Notes: generated from the sequence alone by a model not told the origin. 64,000 nucleotides of DNA from Octopus sinensis (GCF_006345805.1 NC_042997.1:151032001-151096000), one strand, 5' to 3'; numbered from the stretch's first letter, positions 39,985-52,583 are shown. Numbers and translations: made by a program.

Positions 39985-40200
39985 GAATTTGCAGAAAACC
40001 AAAAGTCGAAGACAGGTGTATAAACAAGAAGCAGGTGTATTAATTTGACGCTCGGGAAGGGTGCGAAAGTCTTTTACGTTTCGGGCCTACTCTCTTCAAC
40101 AGAAAGGAACTCGAGGAAATTAACAGAGGGGGGATAAAAAAAACTTGTATATTTAATGGTTAATCATGGCGACTGGTTGGAAAAAGGTAGTTGGACAGGA
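39985..40200 (-). mobile_element. PLE pseudo-LTR remnant with degenerate hammerhead-like motif (40071-40106)
   Basis: Reverse complement CTTT-CTGTTGAA-GAGAGTAGGCCC-GAAACGT-A-AAAG. Adjacent to (TA)n and shares sequence with 13983-14084. Confidence 0.5.
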
Positions 40201-40486
40201 GAGGTAGGACGAAAGGGACCTAATAAAAATAAAGTATTGGTGATCCTAAAATGAAGCTGCGCATGCGTGTGTGTATGTGAGAGTATCTAAGTATGTAAGT
40301 GTGGATAGGGGCTAGTGACTTTGGCGTGTGGTTGTGTGCGTGTGTGTGCGCGTCTGTAATGTGCGGGTGTGTGGATGATGGTATGGGTGCTGGGAAGTGG
40401 TCAGCGCTTGTGCGTGTGGAATTTAACCTTAGGTGCATGACACAAATGTGTGTGCACCCGTGCGCACGCCTGTGTGTGTGTGTATA

Positions 40487-41400
40487 CACTGCGCTCCAAA
40501 TTATTAACGAGGTAACATATTTTTATTTTATTTAAAAACTACTCCTTGGAATTCAACGAAATCTCCACTGAATGATGGCATCAGTTACACACGCGTGATG
40601 TATGAAAAACGGAAGATTCCGTACAACCACACAAAAAACTACGGCCCTTTACGTAAACTTTCAGGTTCAAATTATTAGCGATGTGTAACTAAGCATCATG
40701 TGAACACGACGATACCAATATAATTTTTTGATGCACATACTGAAATGAACACATACAGTCATAAACATGGAACAAAATAAACAAATGAACAACTCACCAA
40801 TTCAAAAATGATTGGTGAGCTGGTTAGTAAAGGATAGATGACCCTTTGATTGAAATAAATTGGAAAAAGCACTGATCTTTGGGACATGTCAATTTCTAAA
40901 TCTCCTCTGGTGTTATACCATGAGATACATCCGCGATTGACTTCCACAGTTTATCCTTGCTCCTAAATTGGCGTCCATCCTCGTAAACTCGTCGATTTAG
41001 AAAACACCACAAGGTTTCTGTTGGGTTAGTCGTGGAGACAGACGGGCAACTTCATCTTCCAAGGTCCACAGAGGTTTAATTGTTGCAGATACTCGGTAGT
41101 TTTCTCCGCTGAGTGCAAGGGCACACTATCTTGCATGAATGTTATGGTTTTCTTGGAGATGATCCTTTGCCTTTTTAGCCAAGTTTCAAGGTGTTCCCTC
41201 AGAAACTCTATGTAAGCGTCCGCAATCATTTTAACACCGTCCGGCACCTTCCAAGGACCAGCAATTATGCCTCTAATAATATCTTCCCAAATTATGATGC
41301 CTCCTCGAACTTATTGGCGCCTCAAACATCGGTGGCTATCTCCTCCATTTACAACCCATCCTTGTTCCAACCATCAAGTCCATCAATGAACTAGCAACTT
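40487..41400 (-). mobile_element. Tc1-like transposon relic
   Basis: GLDGWNKDG, PDGVKMIADAYIEFLREHLETWLK...TFMQDSVPLHSA. TIR-like TA|CACTGCGCTCCAAATTATTAAC. Confidence 0.85.
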
Positions 41401-41450
41401 TGCATTTTGCAAGTTCAGCGGTTCAGTGTCACTTATTTATTTATATATAT

Positions 41451-41728
41451 TGCGAAATGGGACAAACGACTGCAATTCCTAGTAGACATATGCAGCAGCA
41501 CTAGGTAACGGTGATACCCTGAAACTAGCTCGTCTACTGGTCCTGTCACCGCTACATGGGAACTGTTCACCCCTTTGTTTGCAATAAATCGGACACAGGT
41601 ATTGTGCCGATAACCAGCTGGAGGAGGGGTCCTCGTGGGGTTAAAAAGAGAAGTAACATTGTTCTATGCAGAATAAGCAAGTTGAGGTTTTAACAGCCAC
41701 TACCTGCCAGCAGAATTACCACTTACAT
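41451..41728 (+). mobile_element. possible solo LTR
   Basis: TG...CA ends with a weak terminal inverted repeat and an internal AATAAA. GC-richer than the flanks, but no clear TSD. Confidence 0.25.
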
Positions 41729-41780
41729 CTCTTATAGAGATTTTAGTACTAGCAATGAATATGTATATATATATAAATAT

Positions 41781-41824
<44 letters not shown>

Positions 41825-42292
41825 TTATACATGTATGTATGTATGTATATATGTATGTATGTATGCATGAATGGTCATATATATATAGTTCTTTTCAAAA
41901 TATTGGACTGTTTTTTTTTTGTACATCTTTTAGCTTCCTTAGATTTGTTTTAAGATCACCATTGAAACCATCTATATTCACAGAGATGTCTCTTTAGGAA
42001 TTTCCTTCATTCTCTTAGAGACTTAAATATTGTTTATAAGAATTGTTATATTCATAGCAAAAGAAAAACTGTACACAAGAAAGAATGTTATCTTGTTATA
42101 TAGCATAAATATATTTGAAAAATATTTGAAAAACAAAAAAAGAAAAAAAACAGTTTTATTTCAAATCAGATAGGACACTAATTTATCTACAGATATCTGA
42201 GATGTGCTTTTTGCATTAATGCAATGTGTATTTGTTTTGCTTTTCCCCCGATTCTATCCTGATCTATATTTGTGGCGAATTGTATTGCAAAA

Positions 42293-42299
42293 TCTATCA

Positions 42300-42378
<79 letters not shown>
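42293..42378. repeat. (CTAT)n microsatellite
   Basis: Direct reading. A similar tract lies at 47638-47760. Confidence 0.95.
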
Positions 42379-42379
<1 letters not shown>

Positions 42380-42519
42380 CCCTTTCTTTCTTTTTTTCTC
42401 TTTCTTTCTATCTACCTATCTTTCTTCCTTCCTGCCGTTCGTTTTTCTTTCTGTCTGTCAATCTAACTATTTATCTATCAATTTATCTACCTATATTTTA
42501 CATTCGTTACATCCCAAGG

Positions 42520-42960
42520 GCTGTGACCATGCTCCTGTACCACCAAATGGTACTGTACGCCTTCATTGTTCTCCCTTTTACACATTTCTTGTCGTGTAGG
42601 ACTTTTGATAGTAGGAGATCCGGTTTCAATTTCAAGATATATACATCTACTCCATGAAGATCTCTCAACCCTTTAGGGACTAATTTGAAGGTCTTGATTT
42701 CCAAGCTATTGCAGTATATGGTCTTGTATCTTGATAGGGTGGGCAGGGATTTTAGACACTATGCAATGGCGCCAGGTTCTGACGTTTGTATATACATTAG
42801 GATTCTCCTGATGTATATTGCAGCATAACGTCCTCGCTTTCGCTGCAGAGAATCAAGTCATAAGCTGTTGAGTCATTCTTAGTAGCTAATTTTCTGCATT
42901 GTGGATATCTTCATCTCTGGAGTGCATCGAGTTTCACTATTAATTTCACACTCATCTGAC
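42520..42960 (-). mobile_element. decayed 3' fragment of a LINE related to the 15-19 kb element
   Basis: Minus strand SLQRKRGRYAAIYIRRIL...IYCNSLEIKTFKLVPKGLRDLHGVDV, homologous to SLQRRRERYII...LFNIVPREIK. Confidence 0.75.
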
Positions 42961-43524
42961 AATAAATGTGATAAACAGAGTGGGAAGTAGTATGTGAGAT
43001 ACTGAGGCAAAGAAAACAAGTAAGTTTTTGGATTTGATTGTTTTGTAGCGCTCTGCGAAGGCGAGAAGAGAAATCGAGGGAAATTAATCAATTAATTCAC
43101 TAATTAGAATAGTAAATCAGACAACAGCACGGGGATACGCTGAAAAGACAGAAAACACGAAAAGTTGCCAGACATTCTACGATTTAAACGAACATTTCAT
43201 AAAATGTATTTAATGATATGCCAATTCACGGACTATAACTGTAAAGAAAGCAGCTTTTGCTATGGTATTCTTCTTCGTCCAAAAGATAATTATAATTACG
43301 TGCTTTATCGTTGATATATATTGTACAATTCTGTTGGCGCCAGTGACGAAAAGTCACTTGGAAACAGTTAACGAATGTACAGAAAATGGCGAAAACTCCA
43401 TGATCGCCGTGACTGACCAGGGTATCAGAGGTTGCTACACATAGCAGGTCACAATGCGCTTCGCATTGTTTTAGCCTTCAAATAACGCCACCCAGCTGGC
43501 TAAGCGAGCAGGCCAATATATAAA

Positions 43525-43559
<35 letters not shown>

Positions 43560-43562
<3 letters not shown>

Positions 43563-44523
43563 TGTGAAATAGAAAGATGAATAATCTTGTAGTAGATTAA
43601 TCAAAAGTTTAACCGATACCTTAGTAGCAAAAATCACAGCAGTAAACAGCACGGTTGGAGGTACAACCATCTGGCGTTGCAACCGTGCGTTGGTGCGGAT
43701 AATTGAAATTAAAACATTATTGGTGAATTGAAGAAATGGAGCTGAACGCAGATTGAACAGAATCGTTTTATTTCATTCTACACGTGTTTCGAAAGGCACA
43801 AATTACCAAAATCCGATTGAATAATGGGACCATATTGTGTCTTTCTCATCAGAAGAAAAAAGGAAATCCGTTGGAAACACAAAAACAGAACAGAGGCGGA
43901 GCAAAAACAAATCGAACTGTGCTCCTAAGAGCCCATGGCGAAACTGTATCAGTGTATGTTGAGAACCGGTGGCTGAAGAATTCAACGGGTCAGGCATCGG
44001 TCAATCATGTGGGTGAGGGTGTATAGATGTTCTTTGTGACCGAGAATAAAGTTCTGACTATTTAAGGAATATTGGATGTTTTATAAGGGGCGAGAAAAAA
44101 TCTACTTAGAGACGTTGTGTGTGTATACTGTTCTATATATGTGGTGTTGGCGTAGGGGTAAAAACATTTTTTGTGTACGTGTGTGCGTTTGATCGTTCGG
44201 CTGTCAGTGACTACTGCCGTGATAACCCACATGATTGACCGATGCTGACCCGTTGAATTCTTCAGCCACCGGTTCTCAACATACACTGATAAACATTTCG
44301 CCATGGGCTCTTAGGAGCACAGTTCGATTTGTTTTTTGCTCCGCCTCTGTTCTGTTTTTGTGTTTCCAACGGATTTCCTTTTTTCTTCCTGATGAGAAAG
44401 ACACAATATGGTCCCATTATTCAATCGGATTTTGGTAATTTGTGCCTTTCGAAACACGTGTAGAATGAAATAAAACGATTTCTGTTCAATCTGCGTTCAG
44501 CTCCATTTCTTCAATTCACCAAT

Positions 44524-44532
<9 letters not shown>
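43560..44532. mobile_element. fold-back element with ~305-bp inverted arms (43710-44014 / 44225-44532), PLE-like, in (TA)n
   Basis: The arms are near-identical reverse complements, each with a hammerhead core. TA tracts flank both sides. Confidence 0.8.
44386..44465 (+). ncRNA. type I hammerhead ribozyme with long stem II (mirror copy 43776-43854, minus)
   Basis: TTC-CTGATGA-GAAAGACACAA...TTGTGCCTTTC-GAAAC-ACGT-GT-A-GAA. Palindromic stem III ACACGTGT. Predicted cut after 44462. Confidence 0.78.
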
Positions 44533-44592
<60 letters not shown>

Positions 44593-44940
44593 AAAGTTTG
44601 TTTGGTAAAGCACATGGGTGAATATACAAGAAAATAGTAAAGTGTGAAAAAAACGGACAGAAGCTTAAATGTTAAAAAATATATATATTTGTGTCAAAAT
44701 GTCTGGAGAATATTGGAAAAATTTTTTTTCGTTTCCTTAAAATGACATAATTTAAAAAATTTTAAAGAAATTACCGGTTTCGCGTGTAGCTTTTCAAATT
44801 TCTTGTGACGTTATGTTTATATTGCATGGAATTATCGTTGTTTTTATTTCCAGGAGATTTCTAAATAAGGGGAGGTAGTGAGTGATTTTTCCGGTGTAGG
44901 GGAGATAATCGCTTAAAAAATTTTTTTTCCCCTTTCCTTG

Positions 44941-45183
44941 TTAATTTCTCTGTGTCAGTATGTTCGGATGGTTGAGTCTGGGTTTGTACTTTTCAATGAA
45001 GAATGTTTCCTTGTTCAGTCTCATTTGTGTTGATGATCCGAAAGCACATTGGTAAAATGGGAAGATTAAAAATTGTGGCAGTAGTTGCTTTGCGCATTTC
45101 TCAATGTGCTCACTAAAAGGTATCATTCTATATTCTGGGAATGCAATCTGTTGTCGATGCAGTGTGCATCTGCGCCTGAGTGA
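44941..45183 (-). pseudogene. C-terminal part of a PLE GIY-YIG endonuclease
   Basis: LRRRCTLHRQQI...SEHIEKCA...FLIFPFYQC...RLNKETFFIEKYKPRLN (R..H, H, E..FI....P.LN pattern). Confidence 0.85.
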
Positions 45184-45289
45184 TATCTCCCCTACACCGG
45201 AAAAAATCACTCACTACCTCCCCTTATTTAGAAATCTCCTGGAAATAAAAACAACGATAATTCCATGCAATATAAACATAACGTCACAA

Positions 45290-45325
45290 GAAATTTGAAA
45301 AGCTACACGCGAAACCGGTAATTTC
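45290..45325 (+). ncRNA. minimal hammerhead ribozyme, U3-A8 variant (copy in element sense at 44767-44802, minus)
   Basis: GAAAT-TTGAAAA-GC(TACAC)GC-GAAAC-CG-GT-A-ATTTC. Confidence 0.75.
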
Positions 45326-45456
45326 TTAAAAATTTTTTTAAATTATGTCATTTTAAGGAAAGGAAAAAAATTTTCCAATATTCTCCAGACATTTGACACA
45401 AATATATATATTTTTTAATTTAAGCCTTCTGTCGATTTTTCACACTTTACTATTTT

Positions 45457-45537
<81 letters not shown>

Positions 45538-45579
45538 ATATAGTTGTGGTGTTTTGTGTGTGCGATGTGTAAATTGTTG

Positions 45580-46380
45580 CCATTGTTTATTCTTAATTTC
45601 GCGCATGCACATTATTTGCTTTTCCTTTTGTCGACTACACAGTATAGTAGTGTCACTTGCGCTCCGTCTGTGAGAGAATCACCATGATGTCGCAATTCAC
45701 TCTGCCAGAAATTTTGAAATGACATGCTGTACTGCTCGGCATTCGTGTCGGAAGCTCCAATACGAACAGATGGACAACAGCACACAGAGCAACTGTTTTC
45801 TGGTCGTGTCCCCAAATCATGTACCGGGAGAGATAAATCAAACATCCAATCAACATCACGATATTTTGAGTGATTAATTGTGATTGCGACATTATGCCTC
45901 CAGTTATCTTCCCACACAGCGTCAGACTCAAAACGGTAACCTACATCACGTGCCTGAAGGACGGTGACTTCAGAGGGACCTTATGTCTGGCAACATGACT
46001 ATTGCACCATGACTCGGATTCAGGAAAAGCCAGCTATGGCTATGAGACAATTTCTGCGATCACATCAACACTGAACATCTAATTCCCCAGACTGCTATCT
46101 TTTGATTATTATGTATAGGGTGCAGTTGAGCGAGAGGGCAACACAAGTCCTTATAACACTAAAGATGAACTGAAGGCATGGACTATGGCAGTATTCAATA
46201 ACTTAAACAAGGCGACTGTTCAGAAGACTTGCAGGAGGTTCCGAAATAACTGGAGGCCGTGGTTGAAGCCAATGACGATCTTATGGAATACATTTACACT
46301 TTAGTATTTCAGGTTATTTTTATGTAATTTTGGTAAATATAACTGTTAAAAGGAAATGTCAGAGTTATATCAATTTTTGC
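45580..46380 (+). mobile_element. DD37D (maT/Bmmar-like) Tc1-mariner relic
   Basis: GPYVWQHD, NSPDCYLFDYYV*GAVERE, and FRNNWRPWLK-like end. Confidence 0.75.
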
Positions 46381-46422
46381 ACATGTATATATATATATTT
46401 ATTTATGTACTAGTTTGCGTGT

Positions 46423-46481
46423 ATTCCACTGATGAAGGCAACGCGTTTCTTCAGTAGATCCAGAAATGAGGGATCTGGAAT
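46423..46481 (+). ncRNA. degenerate hammerhead-like motif
   Basis: ATTCCA-CTGATGA-AGG...CCA-GAAAT-GAGGG-ATC-TGGAAT. Stem I is 6 bp, but stem II is only about 2 bp. Confidence 0.4.
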
Positions 46482-46998
46482 TATCCAATAATTTTTTGCT
46501 AGTTTATTTTGTCTCTTTCTCTTCTCTCCTGGTGCTGTATGAACATTTAATGTGTTTTTAGAGTCAAGTTTTGGTTGTTATATCTAGCATGGTGGTATGT
46601 TTTAGATACCCTTAATTGTAACTTTATGAGGTTTTTATTCCCATGCTAGCCACCTGAAATGATCGGAAGTTGTCTGAAGTCTTTCAATATAACGTCTGGA
46701 CTATTTGCATCTATCTTTCTGTCAGTTTGAATGGTGAAGTTCTAGAGGAGAGAGATGTGCTCATTTTCAAGCATTATAGGTATTTTGTGGTCCTACCAGT
46801 TTTTATTTGCAAAAGCCATGGCAATTGCTCGGGGCTCGTCCGATCGACGGCCGTTCGTATACGCGTCCGCCGCTGCCGATGCGTGGAGGAAATGACAGAG
46901 TTCGCCGAGCAAAACGGTTTACGATCCGACTATTATTATTATTGTTGTTGTTGTTGTTATCATTATTATTATCATTATTATCAATATCATTACCATTA

Positions 46999-47042
<44 letters not shown>

Positions 47043-47084
47043 GAAGGTCATTAGCACTCAGGGCAAATTCTTTAACAGCATTTC

Positions 47085-47320
47085 GCCAGCGTTTACCTCG
47101 GAACGGCTTGGTGGTACAATCGTTAGAATGCCGGGCATGATGTTAACGCCATGTAGCCCACCTTTATATTCTGAGTTCAAATTCCTACACGGTCGACTTT
47201 ACTTTCTATCTTACCATGCTCGATGAAATAATCACCAATTATGTAATAGAATTGACGTAATTGACTGCTCCGAATACACCCCAAATTTCAGGTCTTGTGC
47301 CTATACTAGAAAAAATTATT
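47085..47320 (+). mobile_element. family A SINE (decayed); further copies at 50105-50325 (-) and 53286-53545 (+)
   Basis: TTCTGAGTTCAAATTCC...GGTCGACTTT...GGTCTTGTGCCTATACTAGAAA. Confidence 0.7.
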
Positions 47321-47636
47321 ATTATTAGCTGTCTGAGAGAAATGGAGTTTTATTTTTTAACTTCAGTGAAGCGATATTCAGTGGTGGCCATTTTGTTTAG
47401 GAAACCTAATTAGCTACTTATGCAAGCACTTATAGTGTAATACACCCAACGTCAATACACAGACGTGTGTAACTGCTGATTTATTTGTGGTGTATATGAG
47501 TGTGTGTGATTCTCAGTGTTCAAATGTGCATATATGTTTTAGCGAAATGTGTTTATGTTTGTTATTTTGTAAATACCTGTTTGTACAAAGAAATGCCTAC
47601 ATATAAAACTACGAGCATTCATACATACACAGCTAT

Positions 47637-47720
<84 letters not shown>

Positions 47721-47723
47721 TTG

Positions 47724-47760
<37 letters not shown>

Positions 47761-48980
47761 ATATATATATATATATACTTATACATGTGTGTTTGAAGAA
47801 ATATCTACATGTATACTTACATACACACATGCATACATATATACACACATATGCATGAATGTATATACATGTGTTTGTCCTTAAGTGTCAGCGTTTGTAT
47901 TTCAGTCTTTGTAAAACCTCATAAAGTCGAAAAAAAAAAGAAATACATATGCTTAAGCACGTACGATCGCCGGAGTGTATTACAACGTATTTGTTTTTGC
48001 ATGTGTGTGCTTCTGTGTTTATGTGCGCGTGCGTAAATATTAGGCTGGGAATATATGTGCGAGTAGGTGTGCGTATGTGAAGTACGGCGTATGTTTAAGT
48101 TCAGTGATGTGTACGCTTCTATTGGAATCTACCTTACTAATTGCGTTTTGCTAAAACTTACCTAAGCACAAATAATAATGCTTAATGGTAAAGCAATAAA
48201 ATAGCGATGTAACATAACAGATTAATTTCGACACTTCGTAAAGTAATGACCAATGAAGGACAAAAAAAAAGTGAAAAGGAGACAGCAAATGGGTGGAAGG
48301 AGGATTTTAAAAAGAAGGGGAAACTGCATTGTATATTGCGCGAGTGAGGCCAGAGGGAGAAAGTCTATGATATAGAATGTTTGTATATTACATCTCTTGT
48401 TAGCACGAGAATTTTTTTCTTAGTTATACCTAAGTGAATAACAATGGAAGTAAGTAAGAAAGAACATATAGAAACAGACTAATTCTAACATAAAACACGA
48501 AGAAACCTATATAAAAATACGAAAAAAAAATATGTGGAAATGAAGTAACTCCTTAAAAGTTTCACTTACTAATATAGGTATTTACCTTTTCTTCGTGAAT
48601 CTGGCTAATTCCATTGTTAATGTAAGATGTAAGAACTTTTTTTGTTAAAAGCAATACTTTAATCGTAGAGAAGTTATCGATCTTGTACCGGTGAAGGAGT
48701 GCGAGAAAAATAGGCCAATGTTTGTTCCAACCATTAATCGAATCGAAAATTTTTCAATTAGTTGTGATACGTGTATATTTATGTGTATCTGTGTTTGTGT
48801 ATATATGTGTGTTTGCGTGTACGTGTGTGTGTATGTATATATGTGTGTGATTGTGTGTGCACTTCCATAAATACGTATGTGTGTAAACGTTTTTGTTAGT
48901 ATTTACATGAGAATAGATAAATATATATGTATGCGTGTGTATATCTCTCTCTATCTCTGTCTCTTTCTCTCTCTCTCTTC

Positions 48981-49013
<33 letters not shown>

Positions 49014-49047
49014 CATATATATATATACACATATATATATATATATG

Positions 49048-49116
<69 letters not shown>

Positions 49117-51928
49117 GTACGTATGCGAGTCTGTGTGTCTGTGCATAGCGAGAAACAAACAAACAGGAACAGGCAGACAAAGACAGTGATAGAGTTATAT
49201 ATACACATATTAAAAATGCATATATATTTCTGCATATGTGTTTGAATGCACGTATATACATAAAATAGTAGACGTGTTTATAAGCAACTATTGCGTAGCT
49301 TAAATAATAGTGATTTTAATGAAATATTGAATTAATTTTCTTTCTAATTACTTTTCGTTTTTATTTTATGCTATCGGGTGCTTTAGTGATTTAACTATAG
49401 TGAGAGCGATATTTATGTGCAGGGGAACGACATAACGTCTAGATTATTTTCTAATACAGGAATCCTTCGCTTAACACGCTTTATGCATTAGCGAAACATA
49501 TCGTATCCAGAAATGGAAAAGAAAATTAATTATTCCCATTATTTTCACATTATAAAGTGATAATGCATTCCTACGACTGCTTTATACATGAAAATAAGTT
49601 GGGGAATAAATGATAATCTTTATATTGAAATAAGACATGTTCTTACGATAACATATATTAGCAACTGTGTGAGAAATGGTGGTGTTGGAATGAATGTTAG
49701 TGAGAATATGGGGGACACTGTTTTCCGCCATATAGTTACATCATAAACGACATCTGCTAGAGAAGAAAAGAACTTCTGGGCAATATTTTAAATATTTACC
49801 TTTTAATGTAATTGTGGGCAAAATTAATTTGGTTTCAGTCAGAAGTCAATATAGAAGACAATTCTCCAAGCACATCAGAAAAACAAAGTCGAAAAGTTTA
49901 TATTGTTTAATCTCTTCCTAATCAGGAGTGCAGCGAACATTCGAATCCTTGCAAATTTGCCAGTAACTCCCAGAAATCGAACAATTTCTAAAAGTCGCTT
50001 TGCATCCAAATGCCCTCCTCACAAAATTTCCTAATCATTTGTACATGTACTCCTTTTATTCCACAAAGACCTCTTATATGCATCCCTAATAACGTATTCA
50101 AATTATATATTGGCTTCAAGTTTTGGTACAAGGCCAGCAATTATCAGAGAGGGGTTAAGTCAATTACATCAATCCCAGTAATACATTGGTACTTGTTTCA
50201 TCGACTACGAAAAGATGAAATGCAAATTGACCCCAGTAGCATTTGAAATCGGAACGTAATATCGTCAGAAATACTGCGAAGTATATAGTCTGGTGCGTTA
50301 ACGATTCTGCCAGTTCGTTGCCTTAAAGTCTACATATATATAGAACCCATTTCTTTCGGTATTCAGCTGCTGTTTTTAATGTTAAAATATCAACATATTT
50401 GTGTGTATACCTGTACTTGTACATCTGTGTCAAAGTATGTGCTGTATTTCATACAACTTTTGATAACATAAATTCTCATGACACAAGTAAAAATTGTAAT
50501 CAGAATGTATCTCCAGTATTTGTTTTTCACACAGATGATGGAAGATGGCTATTTGTGAAACACACAGAAGTAATGAATCACCCACTATTCTATAAACGGT
50601 TGCTAAGCTGATTTGTCGTTCTCCTTGTTTAGTATCGAGCTGACGCAGATCGAACAGAACTCGCTTTCTATAATAATTTTAGGCATGCATTTACGATAAT
50701 ACAGTAGCCACTGTTTTGTCCTCATTTAAAGGGTATATGGTGGATCTCTCCTGCAAGACGAGTAATTGTGTAGAGACGTCACCCTTTTCATGTGTTTAAG
50801 TAGACATAGTATCGTTTAGACTAAAAATATGAGAAACATGCTGGTATATTAGAATACGGAATGTATCGTCAATAATGACCTAATTAAAATTTTGCATTCA
50901 CTCGAACTCAAAACCTCTATATCATCATCTAATAGACTGAAATTAATATCAGATTGCAAAATTTGCATGCCTTCGATCAAAAGTACTCGTTCGGCCGATT
51001 CCCTACTGACCTAAGTGCATTCTAAGAGGTCCGATATAGTTCAAAACAACAAATATATAGCAAATGCGTATAACATTAAAAATGGTTAACAATTCATTTC
51101 ATTTCTGGCTATTAAGATTTAAATGTTACGGAAAACTGAACACGCCAGCTGTAACAGTTCCTTGAAGTTGTTAGATATAGTAGGCAAATTACTTTCAAAC
51201 TACAGAGTCTGGTATATATTATGTCTGGAAGAAAAATATTGTTACAGCACTTACCATCGAATCTCTATTAACTGCAGCCCGATCTGGGGTTTAATAACAA
51301 AAATTTATGAGAGGGATCAAAGAGCATTAATGAGAGATGGAAGGTGTGAATGAGTTATTAAAGATTATATAAGTATGTAAAAGAAAATGCGGTACACTGA
51401 AAACGAGATGAGTTACGTTACCTATTGTTTAAATGAACGCTAGCTAACAGTGGTCTGATGGGATATAGGCTGTTTTCAGACACGTAGAAAGTTTAATACA
51501 TATGTGAAAAATGAATAGATCACGGAGACATTGAGAGATGAGAATACATTCTGGTGGGACTAATTGCCGATATGTTACCTAGTAGTCTGAAAGCTATATG
51601 TCACAGACAGTGCGAACAATACTTTTCAGTATAGAGAAATATTATTTATCTCCAGCTGTCAAGAAGAGAAATATGCTACACTGTAAGCCATTATTATTGC
51701 TGTAGTATTATCTATAGGAAACGACTGTGGATTGATAGAAATGATTAATCGCAAGACAAAATGATTTTAACAGCGAGTATGTCCCTTGATGTTTTGAGCT
51801 CAAATCTCACCAATGTCTGCTCTACATATTGCCAAAGAATAAGATAACAATTCAAGTACTGACATACCACTAATCAAAATCACCGGAATTTAGGCTAATA
51901 TTTTCATGATCATAATCATGATCATAAC

Positions 51929-51992
<64 letters not shown>

Positions 51993-52535
51993 GAGTGAGA
52001 GAGCAGTTCATGCCATCAAAGTGACACTGGGGTAAAATATACGAAGCCCAATATACCCATCATGACTACCCGTCTGATAAAGGTACACCAGGCACATGCA
52101 TCACAACCATATGTGCGCGACATGGTGATCTCATATCAAGATAAACAGCACATGACCTTGCAGGTGGGGCCCAGTTAGAATTTTCTTCAGGTTGAGTAGC
52201 CCATCCCGCTCAAACGGTCCCTGAATAAGGTTTGTTTAAGGATGTTGAAAGAACCACCCATGTTTCCAGAGGTGAACTATTCAAACCCCAAAGAATCCCT
52301 CTCAGCACATGGCCATGATGCTCCCCCACTACTTCTGCTCGTGATCAGAGATGCACATATTGTCAGCCACTAAGGGACATGCTCAACTGGTTAAGGTCAA
52401 ACAACTGACAAGCAAATCTGTGGTATTGAGCAGAATATTTGCTGTAGCCCATCTTTTATACCAAGACAAAACAATGTACATGATAACACTTCCAATCAGT
52501 TAAGATCAGATGCCATGAGAGCCACTGCCTGGTAC

Positions 52536-52537
<2 letters not shown>
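51993..52537 (-). mobile_element. 545-bp non-coding repeat in (ATT)n, copy 1
   Basis: Nearly identical to 52584-53128 and similar to 55442-55987. Flanked on both sides by (ATT)n. Strand inferred from truncation at the right end. Confidence 0.85.
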
Positions 52538-52573
<36 letters not shown>

Positions 52574-52583
52574 TATTATTATT

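Larger units (their letters stand above)
44590..45459 (-). mobile_element. 5'-truncated Penelope-like retroelement with inverted pseudo-LTR
   Basis: Arms 44628-44907 and 45184-45459 are inverted. The spacer encodes a GIY-YIG C-terminus. Flanked by (TA)n. Confidence 0.85.

Noticed and set aside
52485-52537. Short resemblance to U2 snRNA words (ATCAGTT..ATC.GAT, CCTGGTA.TGCA)
   Set aside because: Matches are too short, wrongly spaced, and lack the U2 branch-point pairing and Sm-site sequences.
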